A stretch of DNA of 64,000 bases from a virus: IMG/VR virus record IMGVR_UViG_3300045988_125866; one strand, written 5' to 3'. Shown here piece after piece: positions 1 through 7,868 of the stretch. The translations under genes were made by a program, and so were the position numbers. Under the pieces are notes generated by a model, which was not told where the DNA came from, searched no databases, and worked only from the letters and a program-made list of their open reading frames with translations. Every line of letters starts with the position of its first letter. Within the stretch, counting starts at the first letter, position 1.

Positions 1-177
1 TCGCTTATCTTACGAGAATACGATATAACCATATATCAAAGATATTAGGTGTATCGCCCCTTGCGCATATTGTAATGATATGTGCGTGCTTTCCACAATT
101 AGGCATAGACAGAGGGTAGCGATGCACCTTCTTTGTGTATCAACCCTACATTTGTCTAACGTCTAAAATTAATTGTA

Positions 178-984
178 ATGGACGAAAATTTAATTTTAAC
201 AAAGGATAGTGTTCCATCGGACATCGAACGCTACTTCCGCGGTGTGTTGGCATTAGACCAACAAGACAAGGTGTTTTCTGTAAACCTTGATGATGTTTGG
301 CAGTTGGTTTACTCTGAAAAAAGTAAAGCGGTTAGGGCGTTAAAAGCTAACTTTATTGAAAATGTGGACTTTATAGTTATCGCCCAAAATGGCGAAAAAG
401 GAAGACCAGTTGATTTCTATTACCTCACTTCCGCTTGCTTGGAGTACTTCATTGCCCGTAAGGTTCGCCCAGTATTCGAGGTTTATCGCAGAGTGTTCCA
501 TCATGCAGTTGCGCAAGTTCAGCAGCCATCTTTGCAGGAGCAGATTCAAGCCAACCTCACCTTTGCGGATTGGGCTATCAAGACCCTCAACATCAACGAG
601 GCATCCAAACTTGGATGGGCGAAGAAGATTAGCGACAAGTTCGGTTTGGCTGCCGAATTACCAGATGCAGTAAACGCAGGAACGGAAAAGCCGATCACCC
701 ACGCTGCCACAGACTTATTGAAGTCACACAACGTTGGCATCTCTGCACAAGCTTTCAATCGTATGCTCGAACTCAAAGGAGTGGTAAAGCATGCTACTCG
801 ACCAGGAAAGCACGGAAAAGTGCATAGCTGGTATGTTATCACTCCTGCCTTCGACAAGTACGGACAGAACCAGCAAGACCCGAAGTTCCAACAGCAGACG
901 CAGATACGTTGGTATGACGCAACATTCAACGAATTACTTACAATCGTTGGACTTAACAGACAAACATTATTAAACTTAAAGTAA
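178..984 (+). CDS. phage antirepressor-like protein (KilAC-type C-terminal half)
   Basis: 268-aa ORF. The C-terminal segment ATDLLKSHNVGISAQAFNRMLELKGVV..WYVITPAFDKYG follows the same pattern as the KilAC-like C-terminus of ORF 6214-7020. Motif recognition only. Confidence 0.5.
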   Translation: MDENLILTKDSVPSDIERYFRGVLALDQQDKVFSVNLDDVWQLVYSEKSKAVRALKANFIENVDFIVIAQNGEKGRPVDFYYLTSACLEYFIARKVRPVFEVYRRVFHHAVAQVQQPSLQEQIQANLTFADWAIKTLNINEASKLGWAKKISDKFGLAAELPDAVNAGTEKPITHAATDLLKSHNVGISAQAFNRMLELKGVVKHATRPGKHGKVHSWYVITPAFDKYGQNQQDPKFQQQTQIRWYDATFNELLTIVGLNRQTLLNLK

Positions 985-998
985 AAGGAGATTAAACT

Positions 999-1259
999 AT
1001 GAATGAGAATAATGTAGATTACGACATGCTTGAGAATGTAAAACAGCCAAGACTCGCCAAGACACTCATCAAACTGAGCGAGGTATACAGAGAGTATATG
1101 AAAGAGACAAACATGGCTTGTGAGAAATTAGGAGTTCCATGCGACAGACAGCAGAACAACTTTATCATAAACTACAATAAGTTGACTGCCATCATCACAG
1201 GGACAATAGCTTCAATAATGGACGTAGAGGTAAACGAGGCTGTCAGTATATCAGACTAA
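999..1259 (+). CDS. hypothetical protein
   Basis: 86-aa ORF starting 15 nt after the previous stop and followed by a hairpin plus T-run. No domain recognised. Confidence 0.4.
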   Translation: MNENNVDYDMLENVKQPRLAKTLIKLSEVYREYMKETNMACEKLGVPCDRQQNNFIINYNKLTAIITGTIASIMDVEVNEAVSISD

Positions 1260-1283
1260 GATAGCTCACGTATTTCTGCTTCA

Positions 1284-1318
1284 CCTCGCTTGGCACAAGC
1301 TGTCGAGCGAGGTTTTTT
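1284..1318 (+). terminator. rho-independent terminator
   Basis: Stem CCTCGCT (1284-1290) / AGCGAGG (1306-1312) followed by TTTTTT. Confidence 0.7.
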
Positions 1319-1330
1319 ATTGAAAAAAAT

Positions 1331-1385
1331 CTAAAAATGTTAAAATCTTACTTTTCCAAAAAGCCCCGTAAATATACCTAAATAT
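1331..1385. repeat. inverted-repeat element, copy A (partner 4991-5040)
   Basis: Reads ctaaaaatgt..aaaagccccgtaaata..aaatat. The reverse complement of 4991-5040 shares identical blocks of 10, 16 and 6 nt in the same order. Confidence 0.7.
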
Positions 1386-1437
1386 CAAATACGAAACTTA
1401 TCTATGTCTAAACCTTGTTAATGCAAAAAGTGCCAAA

Positions 1438-1469
1438 TTTGGCGATAAAAAACCTATTGCGTACCTTTG
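1438..1469 (+). promoter_or_regulatory. Bacteroidota-type promoter (-33 TTTG / -7 TAnnTTTG)
   Basis: TTTG at 1438-1441 and TACCTTTG at 1462-1469 with a 20-nt spacer. Predicted transcription start is near 1476. Confidence 0.5.
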
Positions 1470-1475
1470 TAGCGC

Positions 1476-1860
1476 TTATCAGAAATCGCTCGCTGATAAA
1501 TTGAATATGCTTTATCTTAGTGGCTTTTGCCACTCCATGATATACCCTATCCAATACTCGGAGAGCGACTGAGTAGAGGATAGGGTAAATTCTTTTATCC
1601 TATTCCTCGAAGTCAAGGTGGAAGAGACGGCTAAATACACCACGCACACCAAGACTTTAAATGCAAGTGGGACTCATGGCAAAAGTGCAGGGTTTAATCG
1701 CAGAAGGCACGAGAAGGGTGGATGCTACAATCCGAAAGCTGCGACGCTGAAGCACGTGTAGTTCGTGTAGAGGTCGAATGAAGGGTCAATATACTGGGTC
1801 CATGCCATTCGAGGAATCCCACGCCTACAAGTTTTTTCTTGTGGGTAAGGGGGATTCTCT
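1476..1860 (+). ncRNA. candidate structured noncoding RNA or long structured leader, class unknown
   Basis: No ORF of 60 aa or more in any frame across 1260-1932. Helices: 1476-1482/1493-1499, 1519-1524/1529-1534, 1543-1552/1578-1587 (inner 1555-1559/1571-1575), a 10-bp long-range pair 1602-1611/1808-1817, and 1814-1820/1851-1857. Confidence 0.35.
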
Positions 1861-1932
1861 CAATCAGCTATCTGCAACCTGTTCCATATTCTTTAAATAA
1901 TGTAAGTATAAATTTAAATAAAATATTATATC

Positions 1933-2652
1933 ATGGATAAAGATAAAGAAAATAATATTATTATACCCACGCGCGAGGAGTTTGAGGACTTCTGCTCACT
2001 GAAGCTTGGGTATAATGACAGAGAGTTTACATCAGAATTGTGGAAAACCTGCCAAAAAGTTGGTTGGAGGAAGAAAAACGGCGACCCTCCGAAGAGCTGG
2101 CAGATACTGGTTATATGCTATAATGGCATCGTGCTTCCAAAATTCGGTCGCAAACCATACAAACGAGCATCTGTATCAGAAAAAAGCGGAGAAGAGGAGT
2201 TCCCGGATAACGGCATGCACTATATCGCCTATACTGATGGTAGCTGTGAAAACAAATCATCCAGAAAGGCAGGTGGATCCGCCTATGTCCTGATTAAGGA
2301 TGAAGAGGTTGTTAGAGTCAAGAATCACGGCCAACTCAACACTACGAACAATCGTATGGAGCTGCTTGCCATAATTTCTGCGGTCAATGCCTGCCCGGAC
2401 GGCGCCTTTGTTGATGTTTATACTGATAGCAAATATAGCATACTGACCCTTGAGAAGACGTACAAGCCGGATATAAATGGTGACCTGTGGGAACTATACC
2501 AAAAGCATTCTCGCCACGTTGCTGGAGTTCGCTTGCATTGGGTTAAAGGCCACAACGGAGATCATTATAACGAGATGGCAGACGAAATGGCGTACGGAGC
2601 GTATTGCGAGATTTGTGACAAATATGGAATAAAGAAAAGTAATAGACACTAA
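1933..2652 (+). CDS. RNase HI-domain protein with unknown ~95-aa N-terminal extension
   Basis: The C-terminal ~145 aa show the RNase HI catalytic pattern YTDGS .. NNRMEL .. YTDS .. HNGDHYNEMADE. No domain recognised in the N-terminus. Confidence 0.8.
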   Translation: MDKDKENNIIIPTREEFEDFCSLKLGYNDREFTSELWKTCQKVGWRKKNGDPPKSWQILVICYNGIVLPKFGRKPYKRASVSEKSGEEEFPDNGMHYIAYTDGSCENKSSRKAGGSAYVLIKDEEVVRVKNHGQLNTTNNRMELLAIISAVNACPDGAFVDVYTDSKYSILTLEKTYKPDINGDLWELYQKHSRHVAGVRLHWVKGHNGDHYNEMADEMAYGAYCEICDKYGIKKSNRH

Positions 2653-2718
2653 TCTTCTATCCTATATTTCTTATTGGTATAGAGGTGTTATATATATTAC
2701 AATAAAAAAATAGACGCA

Positions 2719-2922
2719 ATGAAGAAAATTAAATGGAAAATCGCCGCATTCGTGGCGTGGGTTGTAATAACCCTCATGGTCGTAGATGTCGGGCTCAGGG
2801 GAGTGAGCAAGGCAGACACAACGACGAACATCGTAAGCGTAGCCATCCTCCTGATATGGCTTCTCGTTTCAATCGCAACGGATTGTTTAACATTCAAAAA
2901 TAAAAAAGATGAAAAAGATTAA
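2719..2922 (+). CDS. small two-helix membrane protein
   Basis: 67-aa ORF with two hydrophobic segments. Its 3' end overlaps the start of the SPFH gene by 14 nt. Confidence 0.5.
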   Translation: MKKIKWKIAAFVAWVVITLMVVDVGLRGVSKADTTTNIVSVAILLIWLLVSIATDCLTFKNKKDEKD

Positions 2923-3694
2923 ATTCGTGTTCATGTTGTCGCTGATTCTTTCAGTGTTGTGTTTAACTTCTTGCAGCGAGCGTATCGACGCAGGTTCTGA
3001 GGGTATCCTGGTGAACCTCTACGGCTCTGACAAGGGCGTTGATGACGTTAGTCTCGTTACAGGCCGCGTGTGGTACAATCCTTTCACGGAGGAGGTCTAT
3101 GAGTACCCAACGTTCGTTCAGACCATTGACTACCCTGCATTCACCATCAACGCCAAGGATGGCTCCGAGTTCACTGTGGACCCTACCGTGTCACTGAAGA
3201 TGGTTGACGGCAATGCGCCGAGAGTGTTCAAGAAGTACCGCAAGGAGTTGAAAGACATCGTTAATGGTACTTTGTTCAACTACGTGAAGGACGCCTTCCG
3301 CATTCAGCTCAACAAGTACACAACTGATCAGATTGTCAGCAACAGGGATTTGGTTGAACGTGCCATCGAGGCGCAGCTCAGCAAGGCTCTCGCCAGGGAG
3401 CACTTCCATCTAGAGCAGTTGACATCAGGCTTGAAGTATCCGAGTTCCATCGTGGAGGCCGTTAATCAGAAAAACAAGGCTATCCAGGAGGCACAGAGAG
3501 CACTCAACGAGGTTGCGGTCAAGAAGGCAGAGGCGGAAAAAATGCTCGTACAGGCGCGTGCAGAACGTGAGGCCAACGAACTCAAGACAGCTTCCCTCAC
3601 TCCTGCTATCTTGAAAAAGATGTGGATTGAGAAATGGGATGGCCGTCTCCCTGTTTACGGGAACGTTCCTCAGATGATGATGACAACCAAGTAG
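2909..3694 (+). CDS. SPFH/Band-7 family lipoprotein
   Basis: Lipoprotein signal MKKIKFVFMLSLILSVLCLTSC. Prohibitin/flotillin-like core followed by an Ala/Glu-rich coiled coil (EAQRALNEVAVKKAEAEKMLVQARAEREANE). Confidence 0.75.
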   Translation: MKKIKFVFMLSLILSVLCLTSCSERIDAGSEGILVNLYGSDKGVDDVSLVTGRVWYNPFTEEVYEYPTFVQTIDYPAFTINAKDGSEFTVDPTVSLKMVDGNAPRVFKKYRKELKDIVNGTLFNYVKDAFRIQLNKYTTDQIVSNRDLVERAIEAQLSKALAREHFHLEQLTSGLKYPSSIVEAVNQKNKAIQEAQRALNEVAVKKAEAEKMLVQARAEREANELKTASLTPAILKKMWIEKWDGRLPVYGNVPQMMMTTK

Positions 3695-3702
3695 ATTACA
3701 GC

Positions 3703-3742
3703 ATCCCCACGCCATTTTACGAATGACGTGGGGATTTTCCTT
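3703..3742. terminator. bidirectional terminator between convergent SPFH and int genes
   Basis: Stem ATCCCCACG (3703-3711) / CGTGGGGAT (3727-3735) followed by TTTCCTTTTT. Confidence 0.7.
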
Positions 3743-3743
3743 T

Positions 3744-4907
3744 TTAACCGTTCAGATAGTCGATGACTTTTCTGTTGGCCTCATCCACCTTTCTTGTGTC
3801 ATATTTTATGTACGTCGAAGTTATCGCATTGTCCCAAAGCGAATGACCAAGAGAACGGCCTATAACCTCCATTGGAATATCCATCTCGCTTGCGATCGTT
3901 GCCCAGGTGTGTCTGCTCCAGTAGCTTGTTATATCCTTCTCGACAGGGTGTATTGTGACATAATAGCTGTGTCGCTCCTTTTCTCCTATTGTACGAAGGT
4001 GTCTTGTCATGTTGTTTGCGAAGGTGTTTGTAAGAGTCGTTCCAGCCTCCTCCAGGAAACTGAGAAGATAGTCCTTCTTCCTGCTCTTATGCCGGCTTAT
4101 TATCTCCATTGCCTCAGGCTCAACCTTGATGTCGTACAATTTTCCTGTCTTGTTGCGCTTGTAGCTTATACGGCCATTCTTCAAAGCCGTCTTTGGAAGG
4201 AACAGCAGGTCGCTTATGTTGATACCGATGAGGTAGAAACATAGCATGAAGCAATCTCTGTACATGGCCTTCTTCCCGGTCAGCCTGAAATCCCTTATCG
4301 CACGCAGCTGTTCAAGGGTCAGGCAGCGCTTTTTGGTCTGCTCCTTTCTCAGCGTGATACCACGGAACGGATACTTGTCCGTCAGTTCGTCGTCTATTGC
4401 CTTGTTGAAGGCGAACTTCATAATCTGAATGTCGGTAGATATTCCGTTCACAGCCCTTCCCTTACTCTTCTCGTGGTCGATATAAGAAAGTACCCACTTC
4501 TTGTCAATAGTGTTAAAGTTACAGTTCTTGTCGTAAGCCTCAATCGTTCTCGCCACTCGCTCGTAATTTCTTCTCGTGTTGTACTTACCCTTCGTTTCTG
4601 CAACTTTAAGTATATACCCAACAAACGAACCTTGATCCGTCTTCTTTGCGCCCTTGACGATTTCCGTTACATGACTTTTTAGCTCATCTGCCGTCTCGTC
4701 CTTGTGGTTTAAAATGTAATCCTCCACGTCCGCATAGAGATTCGCAAGCCTTGCGGTCTTCGCCTTTGCGTTTCGGTCCGACTTCGGGAATATCAACCCG
4801 GAAAACTTTTCAGTTGTCTGCAAACCTGTGTAGACATAGAACCTCTTGTACTTAAAGGTTATAGAAAAGAACACCTTTAGATCCCTTTTGTTTACATAAA
4901 TCTTCAT
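3744..4907 (-). CDS. int: tyrosine site-specific integrase
   Basis: 387-aa ORF. The catalytic C-terminus carries SRHTWATIASE .. IGRSLGH .. STYIKY (R/HxxR/Y pattern). The N-terminal SAM-like region is typical of Bacteroidota phage/CTn integrases. Confidence 0.9.
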   Translation of the reverse strand: MKIYVNKRDLKVFFSITFKYKRFYVYTGLQTTEKFSGLIFPKSDRNAKAKTARLANLYADVEDYILNHKDETADELKSHVTEIVKGAKKTDQGSFVGYILKVAETKGKYNTRRNYERVARTIEAYDKNCNFNTIDKKWVLSYIDHEKSKGRAVNGISTDIQIMKFAFNKAIDDELTDKYPFRGITLRKEQTKKRCLTLEQLRAIRDFRLTGKKAMYRDCFMLCFYLIGINISDLLFLPKTALKNGRISYKRNKTGKLYDIKVEPEAMEIISRHKSRKKDYLLSFLEEAGTTLTNTFANNMTRHLRTIGEKERHSYYVTIHPVEKDITSYWSRHTWATIASEMDIPMEVIGRSLGHSLWDNAITSTYIKYDTRKVDEANRKVIDYLNG

Positions 4908-4961
4908 TGCATGATTTCCTTTCGTTATCTAACGCTTCAGTCCAATCAGCCTGTTTGATTT

Positions 4962-5211
4962 TTGTTTGCATATTGTTTGCATTTTATAATATATTTGGGC
5001 GTATTTACGGGGCTTTTCGGGCTGTTTTTTACATTTTTAGCGTATCAGTTTTAATGTTTATACTATTGAAAATCAGTGAGTTAAGTAGCGCTGTCGCCCA
5101 ATACGTTACAGTTATCATTGCTATCTTTGTAACTTACTGATTATTAATTTATTATGAGTTTTTGAAAATATCTTGTTTGCGTATTGTTTGCAATTTTACT
5201 GCTTGTTTGCA
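4962..5211. repeat. iterated TTGTTTGC(A/G) 9-mers (candidate recombinase or repressor binding sites)
   Basis: Direct copies start at 4962, 4973, 5173, 5184 and 5203. The 20-nt blocks 4962-4981 and 5173-5192 are 19/20 identical. Confidence 0.6.
4991..5040. repeat. inverted-repeat element, copy B (partner 1331-1385)
   Basis: Reads atattt..tatttacggggctttt..acatttttag, the reverse complement of copy A. Immediately preceded by a plus-strand TTTG (4965-4968) / TATATTTG (4990-4997) promoter-like pair. Confidence 0.7.
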
Positions 5212-5663
5212 AGCATATCGAGAAGCTGCTTGATCTGAGCATCTTTGCTTGCAAGTTGTTTGCGCATATCTTTAATCTGTTCGTGGAGTATCCCAATCTC
5301 TTTGTCCTTTAAGGACTCGTCGCCTATAAAGAGATTTGATACTTTAGCAAACGCATTGTCCGGAGTACCCAGTGCTCCTTCGATGGATTTTTCGACATGT
5401 CCACCTATATTTATGTCTCTTCCTACACTATATGTATTGTCGGCATAAACATTTCCTTCTCCACTTTTGAGCCATTTTTGATTTACGCCCATATACTTGC
5501 TTATCTTGAATATGTCTTTGTTCGTTATTCCATACTCGCCCTTTAGCTTCTTTCGAAGATTTCCAGGGTCAATATCAACTTTCTTCGAAAAAGAGTTGGC
5601 ATTGTATCCATTCTCTTCCATAAGATGTTTTATTCGACAAATTAACTCTATATCCTTCTTCAT
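5196..5663 (-). CDS. CI-like repressor (XRE-family HTH plus coiled coil)
   Basis: Start moved to MKKDIELI. HTH segment YNANSFSKKVDIDPGNLRKKLKG. C-terminal heptad region. Divergent from the rightward early operon. Confidence 0.65.
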   Translation of the reverse strand: MKKDIELICRIKHLMEENGYNANSFSKKVDIDPGNLRKKLKGEYGITNKDIFKISKYMGVNQKWLKSGEGNVYADNTYSVGRDINIGGHVEKSIEGALGTPDNAFAKVSNLFIGDESLKDKEIGILHEQIKDMRKQLASKDAQIKQLLDMLANKQ

Positions 5664-5668
5664 AATTA

Positions 5669-5768
5669 CAAATATACAACTAAACACACGATTATTGTAA
5701 AATAACCTTAAAAACACACGATTTCACACGAAATTATTTGGTGTTTTCGAGTGAAAGTAGTACCTTTG
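5669..5768. promoter_or_regulatory. divergent lysogeny-switch promoters with repeated operator-like motif
   Basis: A minus-strand TATATTTG box (5669-5676) lies 5 nt before the repressor ATG. CACACGA repeats start at 5685, 5715 and 5725. Plus-strand TTTG (5737-5740) / TACCTTTG (5761-5768) with a 20-nt spacer. Confidence 0.5.
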
Positions 5769-5925
5769 CAAATGTCAATCAGTTAGAACAACGGAAAGAC
5801 AAAAGCAAGGTGGAACGAGTGGAAGCACTCATCCAACGATTAGACACCGCAAAGATACGTGTTTTACCTCGTTTTACCAAGTTTTTTTAGTTAATAATTT
5901 AAAACGAGTTAGAAAAAGATTTCTT

Positions 5926-6189
5926 ATGAAAGCTAATAAGGTAACTGCCGAAGATATTAAAAACATCGGAATAGGCGGAAAAATCGAAGTCGAGTTGCCA
6001 AACTATCTCGCTTGTGTTGCTGCGAAGGGTGCTGTTACTTATGTAAAGAGAGCATACCCAAGAACGGACGGAAACGTGTATTACACATTCCTCAAAGGCA
6101 ACACTATTACAATCGGTCTTACAGACCCTCACACAAGAGACGTGATTCTCGGTGAGAATGTAAAGTACCGAAAGCGGGTTAAGGCATAA
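5926..6189 (+). CDS. hypothetical protein (first gene of rightward early operon)
   Basis: 87-aa ORF downstream of the plus-strand switch promoter. No domain recognised. Confidence 0.5.
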   Translation: MKANKVTAEDIKNIGIGGKIEVELPNYLACVAAKGAVTYVKRAYPRTDGNVYYTFLKGNTITIGLTDPHTRDVILGENVKYRKRVKA

Positions 6190-6213
6190 TATTAAATGTG
6201 TAGAAGATAAAAA

Positions 6214-7020
6214 ATGAACGAACTAACCAGGAAAGAAACAATGACCTCGTTAGAAATAGCTGAGGCGACAGGAATGCGTCATGCTGACGTAATGAGAAGC
6301 ATTCGAAACATGGAGGAAGCATGGGTGAAAGTATCAGAACGCAATTTTGCGTTGTCATCATACAAGCAACCTCAGCCGAATGGAGGGTACAAAGATGTTC
6401 CTTGTTATATTCTCAGTAAAACCGAATGCCTGTACGTTGCCACAAAGTTCAATGACGAGGCACGAGCAAAGCTTGTGTTGAGGTGGGAAGAGCTTGAATC
6501 GAAAGAGGTGAGCAAGTACCAGGTTCCGCAATCTTTCTCTGAGGCACTCATGTTGGCGGCTAAACAACAGGAGCAAATAGAGAGACAACAGAAACAGCTC
6601 GAAGCGAGTTCAAAGGAAATCGTTGAACTTAACGGTGCGATAGCAGAGATGCAGCCAAAGGTGACATACGTTGATATCATCCTCTCAAGCAAGGAAACAG
6701 TCACAACGACACAGATTGCGCAGGATTATGGTCAGTCTGCAAAGTCATTCAATATCCTGCTTAGGAATTTTGGGCTACAGCGTAAGGTTGGAGGACAGTG
6801 GATATTGTACGCAAAATATCTCCCTTACGGATATGTTCAGTCGGACACTATATCAATAATGCACAAGAATGGTTCTGCCGGTTCGGTTATGCACACAAAA
6901 TGGACACAGAAGGGCCGCTTATTCCTTTACGAGGAATTAAAGAAACACAAAATATTCCCTCTTGTCGAGGGTGGAAAGGAGGCTCAAAATGACACCAAAA
7001 AAGAAGACCGTAATCAATAA
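6214..7020 (+). CDS. Rha-family regulator fused to KilAC antirepressor-type domain
   Basis: The N-terminus TSLEIAEATGMRHADVMRSIRNM is Rha-like. The C-terminus TTTQIAQDYGQSAKSFNILLRNFGLQRKVGGQWILY is KilAC-like. Confidence 0.7.
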   Translation: MNELTRKETMTSLEIAEATGMRHADVMRSIRNMEEAWVKVSERNFALSSYKQPQPNGGYKDVPCYILSKTECLYVATKFNDEARAKLVLRWEELESKEVSKYQVPQSFSEALMLAAKQQEQIERQQKQLEASSKEIVELNGAIAEMQPKVTYVDIILSSKETVTTTQIAQDYGQSAKSFNILLRNFGLQRKVGGQWILYAKYLPYGYVQSDTISIMHKNGSAGSVMHTKWTQKGRLFLYEELKKHKIFPLVEGGKEAQNDTKKEDRNQ

Positions 7021-7195
7021 GGTGGATAAAATATGGCTGTCTGCACAGGAAGCGGCCACCTATATTGGAATGGGCAAGACATACATATCCGATCTACGGA
7101 AGAAAGGTATTCTTCCTCATTGTATGATAGGCAATACAGCGTTTTTCTTGAAAACAGACATAGATAAGATGCTGGAGACGCATAGGGTGTTCTAA
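6989..7195 (+). CDS. excisionase/MerR-type HTH DNA-binding protein
   Basis: Start moved to MTPKKK. WLSAQEAATYIGMGKTYISDLRKKGILP fits the HTH_17/Xis-like pattern. Confidence 0.55.
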   Translation: MTPKKKTVINKVDKIWLSAQEAATYIGMGKTYISDLRKKGILPHCMIGNTAFFLKTDIDKMLETHRVF

Positions 7196-7344
7196 AAAGT
7201 ATGAAAAAAAGCAACAAATAATTATTATGTTTATAGGTGTTTGAAGTTAATGTTAGAATGTTGCCCGTGAGGGTAGGTTTAAAATCTTTTATTGTCGGCA
7301 GCGGCCGAAACGGGACTGGTAAGTTGCATTGCCAGTCCCCACAT

Positions 7345-7417
7345 GGACACATAGCTCAGTGGATAGAGCATTTCCCTCCTAAGGAAAGGGTCGCAGGTTC
7401 GATCCCTGCTGTGTCCG
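7345..7417 (+). tRNA. tRNA-Arg(CCT): tRNA-Arg (anticodon CCT)
   Basis: Manual cloverleaf: acceptor GGACACA/TGTGTCC, D stem GCTC/GAGC, anticodon stem TTTCC/GGAAA with loop CTCCTAA, T arm GCAGG-TTCGATC-CCTGC. No encoded CCA. Confidence 0.85.
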
Positions 7418-7772
7418 CAATGTTTGCTTCGTTGATTTTTAGGTGCAAAGCTAACGTCCTTTAAGCTTATAAAGTAGGTAGCTCGGGCAACTACAATCTT
7501 ACATCTTTTTAAAAACAATAGCAAACAATAGCTCTTTGGCTTAATGGTTGACAACATAGTATGCGTGGAAAAGAAGTAGCCGGATAGCGCAATGAGCGCC
7601 GTGACCTGGTGAAAGGACGCACGACATACGAAAATCCAGCTAATTTCTGCATTAAGTAGTTTGGCGAACCGCATCGGAAAGAAGAATTGTCGATGTAGGC
7701 ACATACGAAAATAATGCAGTCTGGTGATTATATTATAATGAGTTCACATCACTCATAGTTTATATATTCAAA

Positions 7773-7868
7773 GAGGCACGTGGTGTACGAATGTCACGGT
7801 TAGACAACCCAATGATACCTTATCTTATCGTCTGACAGGAATTGGTGTAACTCCAATCGTGTCCTCCA
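7773..7868 (+). other. tRNA-like element ending in CCA (not a canonical tRNA)
   Basis: GAGGCACG (7773-7780) pairs with CGTG-T-CCTC (7858-7866). The arm ATTGG-TGTAACT-CCAAT abuts the 3' strand and the 3' end reads CGTGTCC-T-CCA. There is no canonical anticodon arm and the T-loop is noncanonical. Confidence 0.25.

Noticed and set aside
1476-1860. Retron msr/msd, RNase P RNA or riboswitch identity for the structured region upstream of RNase H
   Set aside because: There is no adjacent reverse transcriptase (the only RT is the DGR enzyme 30 kb away). There are no GAGGAAAGUCC / ACAGAACCCGGCUUA RNase P blocks, and no recognisable riboswitch core sequence. It is left unclassified rather than named.
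3723-4244. 173-aa plus-strand ORF and other ORFs antisense to the integrase
   Set aside because: They lie fully inside the strongly supported integrase gene on the opposite strand, and no domain or start signals are present.
7237-7704. ORFs 7237-7464 (+) and 7279-7704 (-) in the ORF track
   Set aside because: Both run through or antisense to the well-formed tRNA-Arg and have low-complexity, Cys/Phe-rich compositions. They are treated as noncoding.
7500-7735. tmRNA-like tag reading frames: gca aac aat agc tct ttg gct taa (ANNSSLA*) at 7521-7544, and ..YENNAVW* near 7700-7726
   Set aside because: No G-rich 5' acceptor strand, canonical T-loop or pseudoknot pattern could be assembled around them. 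Neither tag ends in the usual LAA/VAA. This remains only a hypothesis inside the tRNA-spacer finding.
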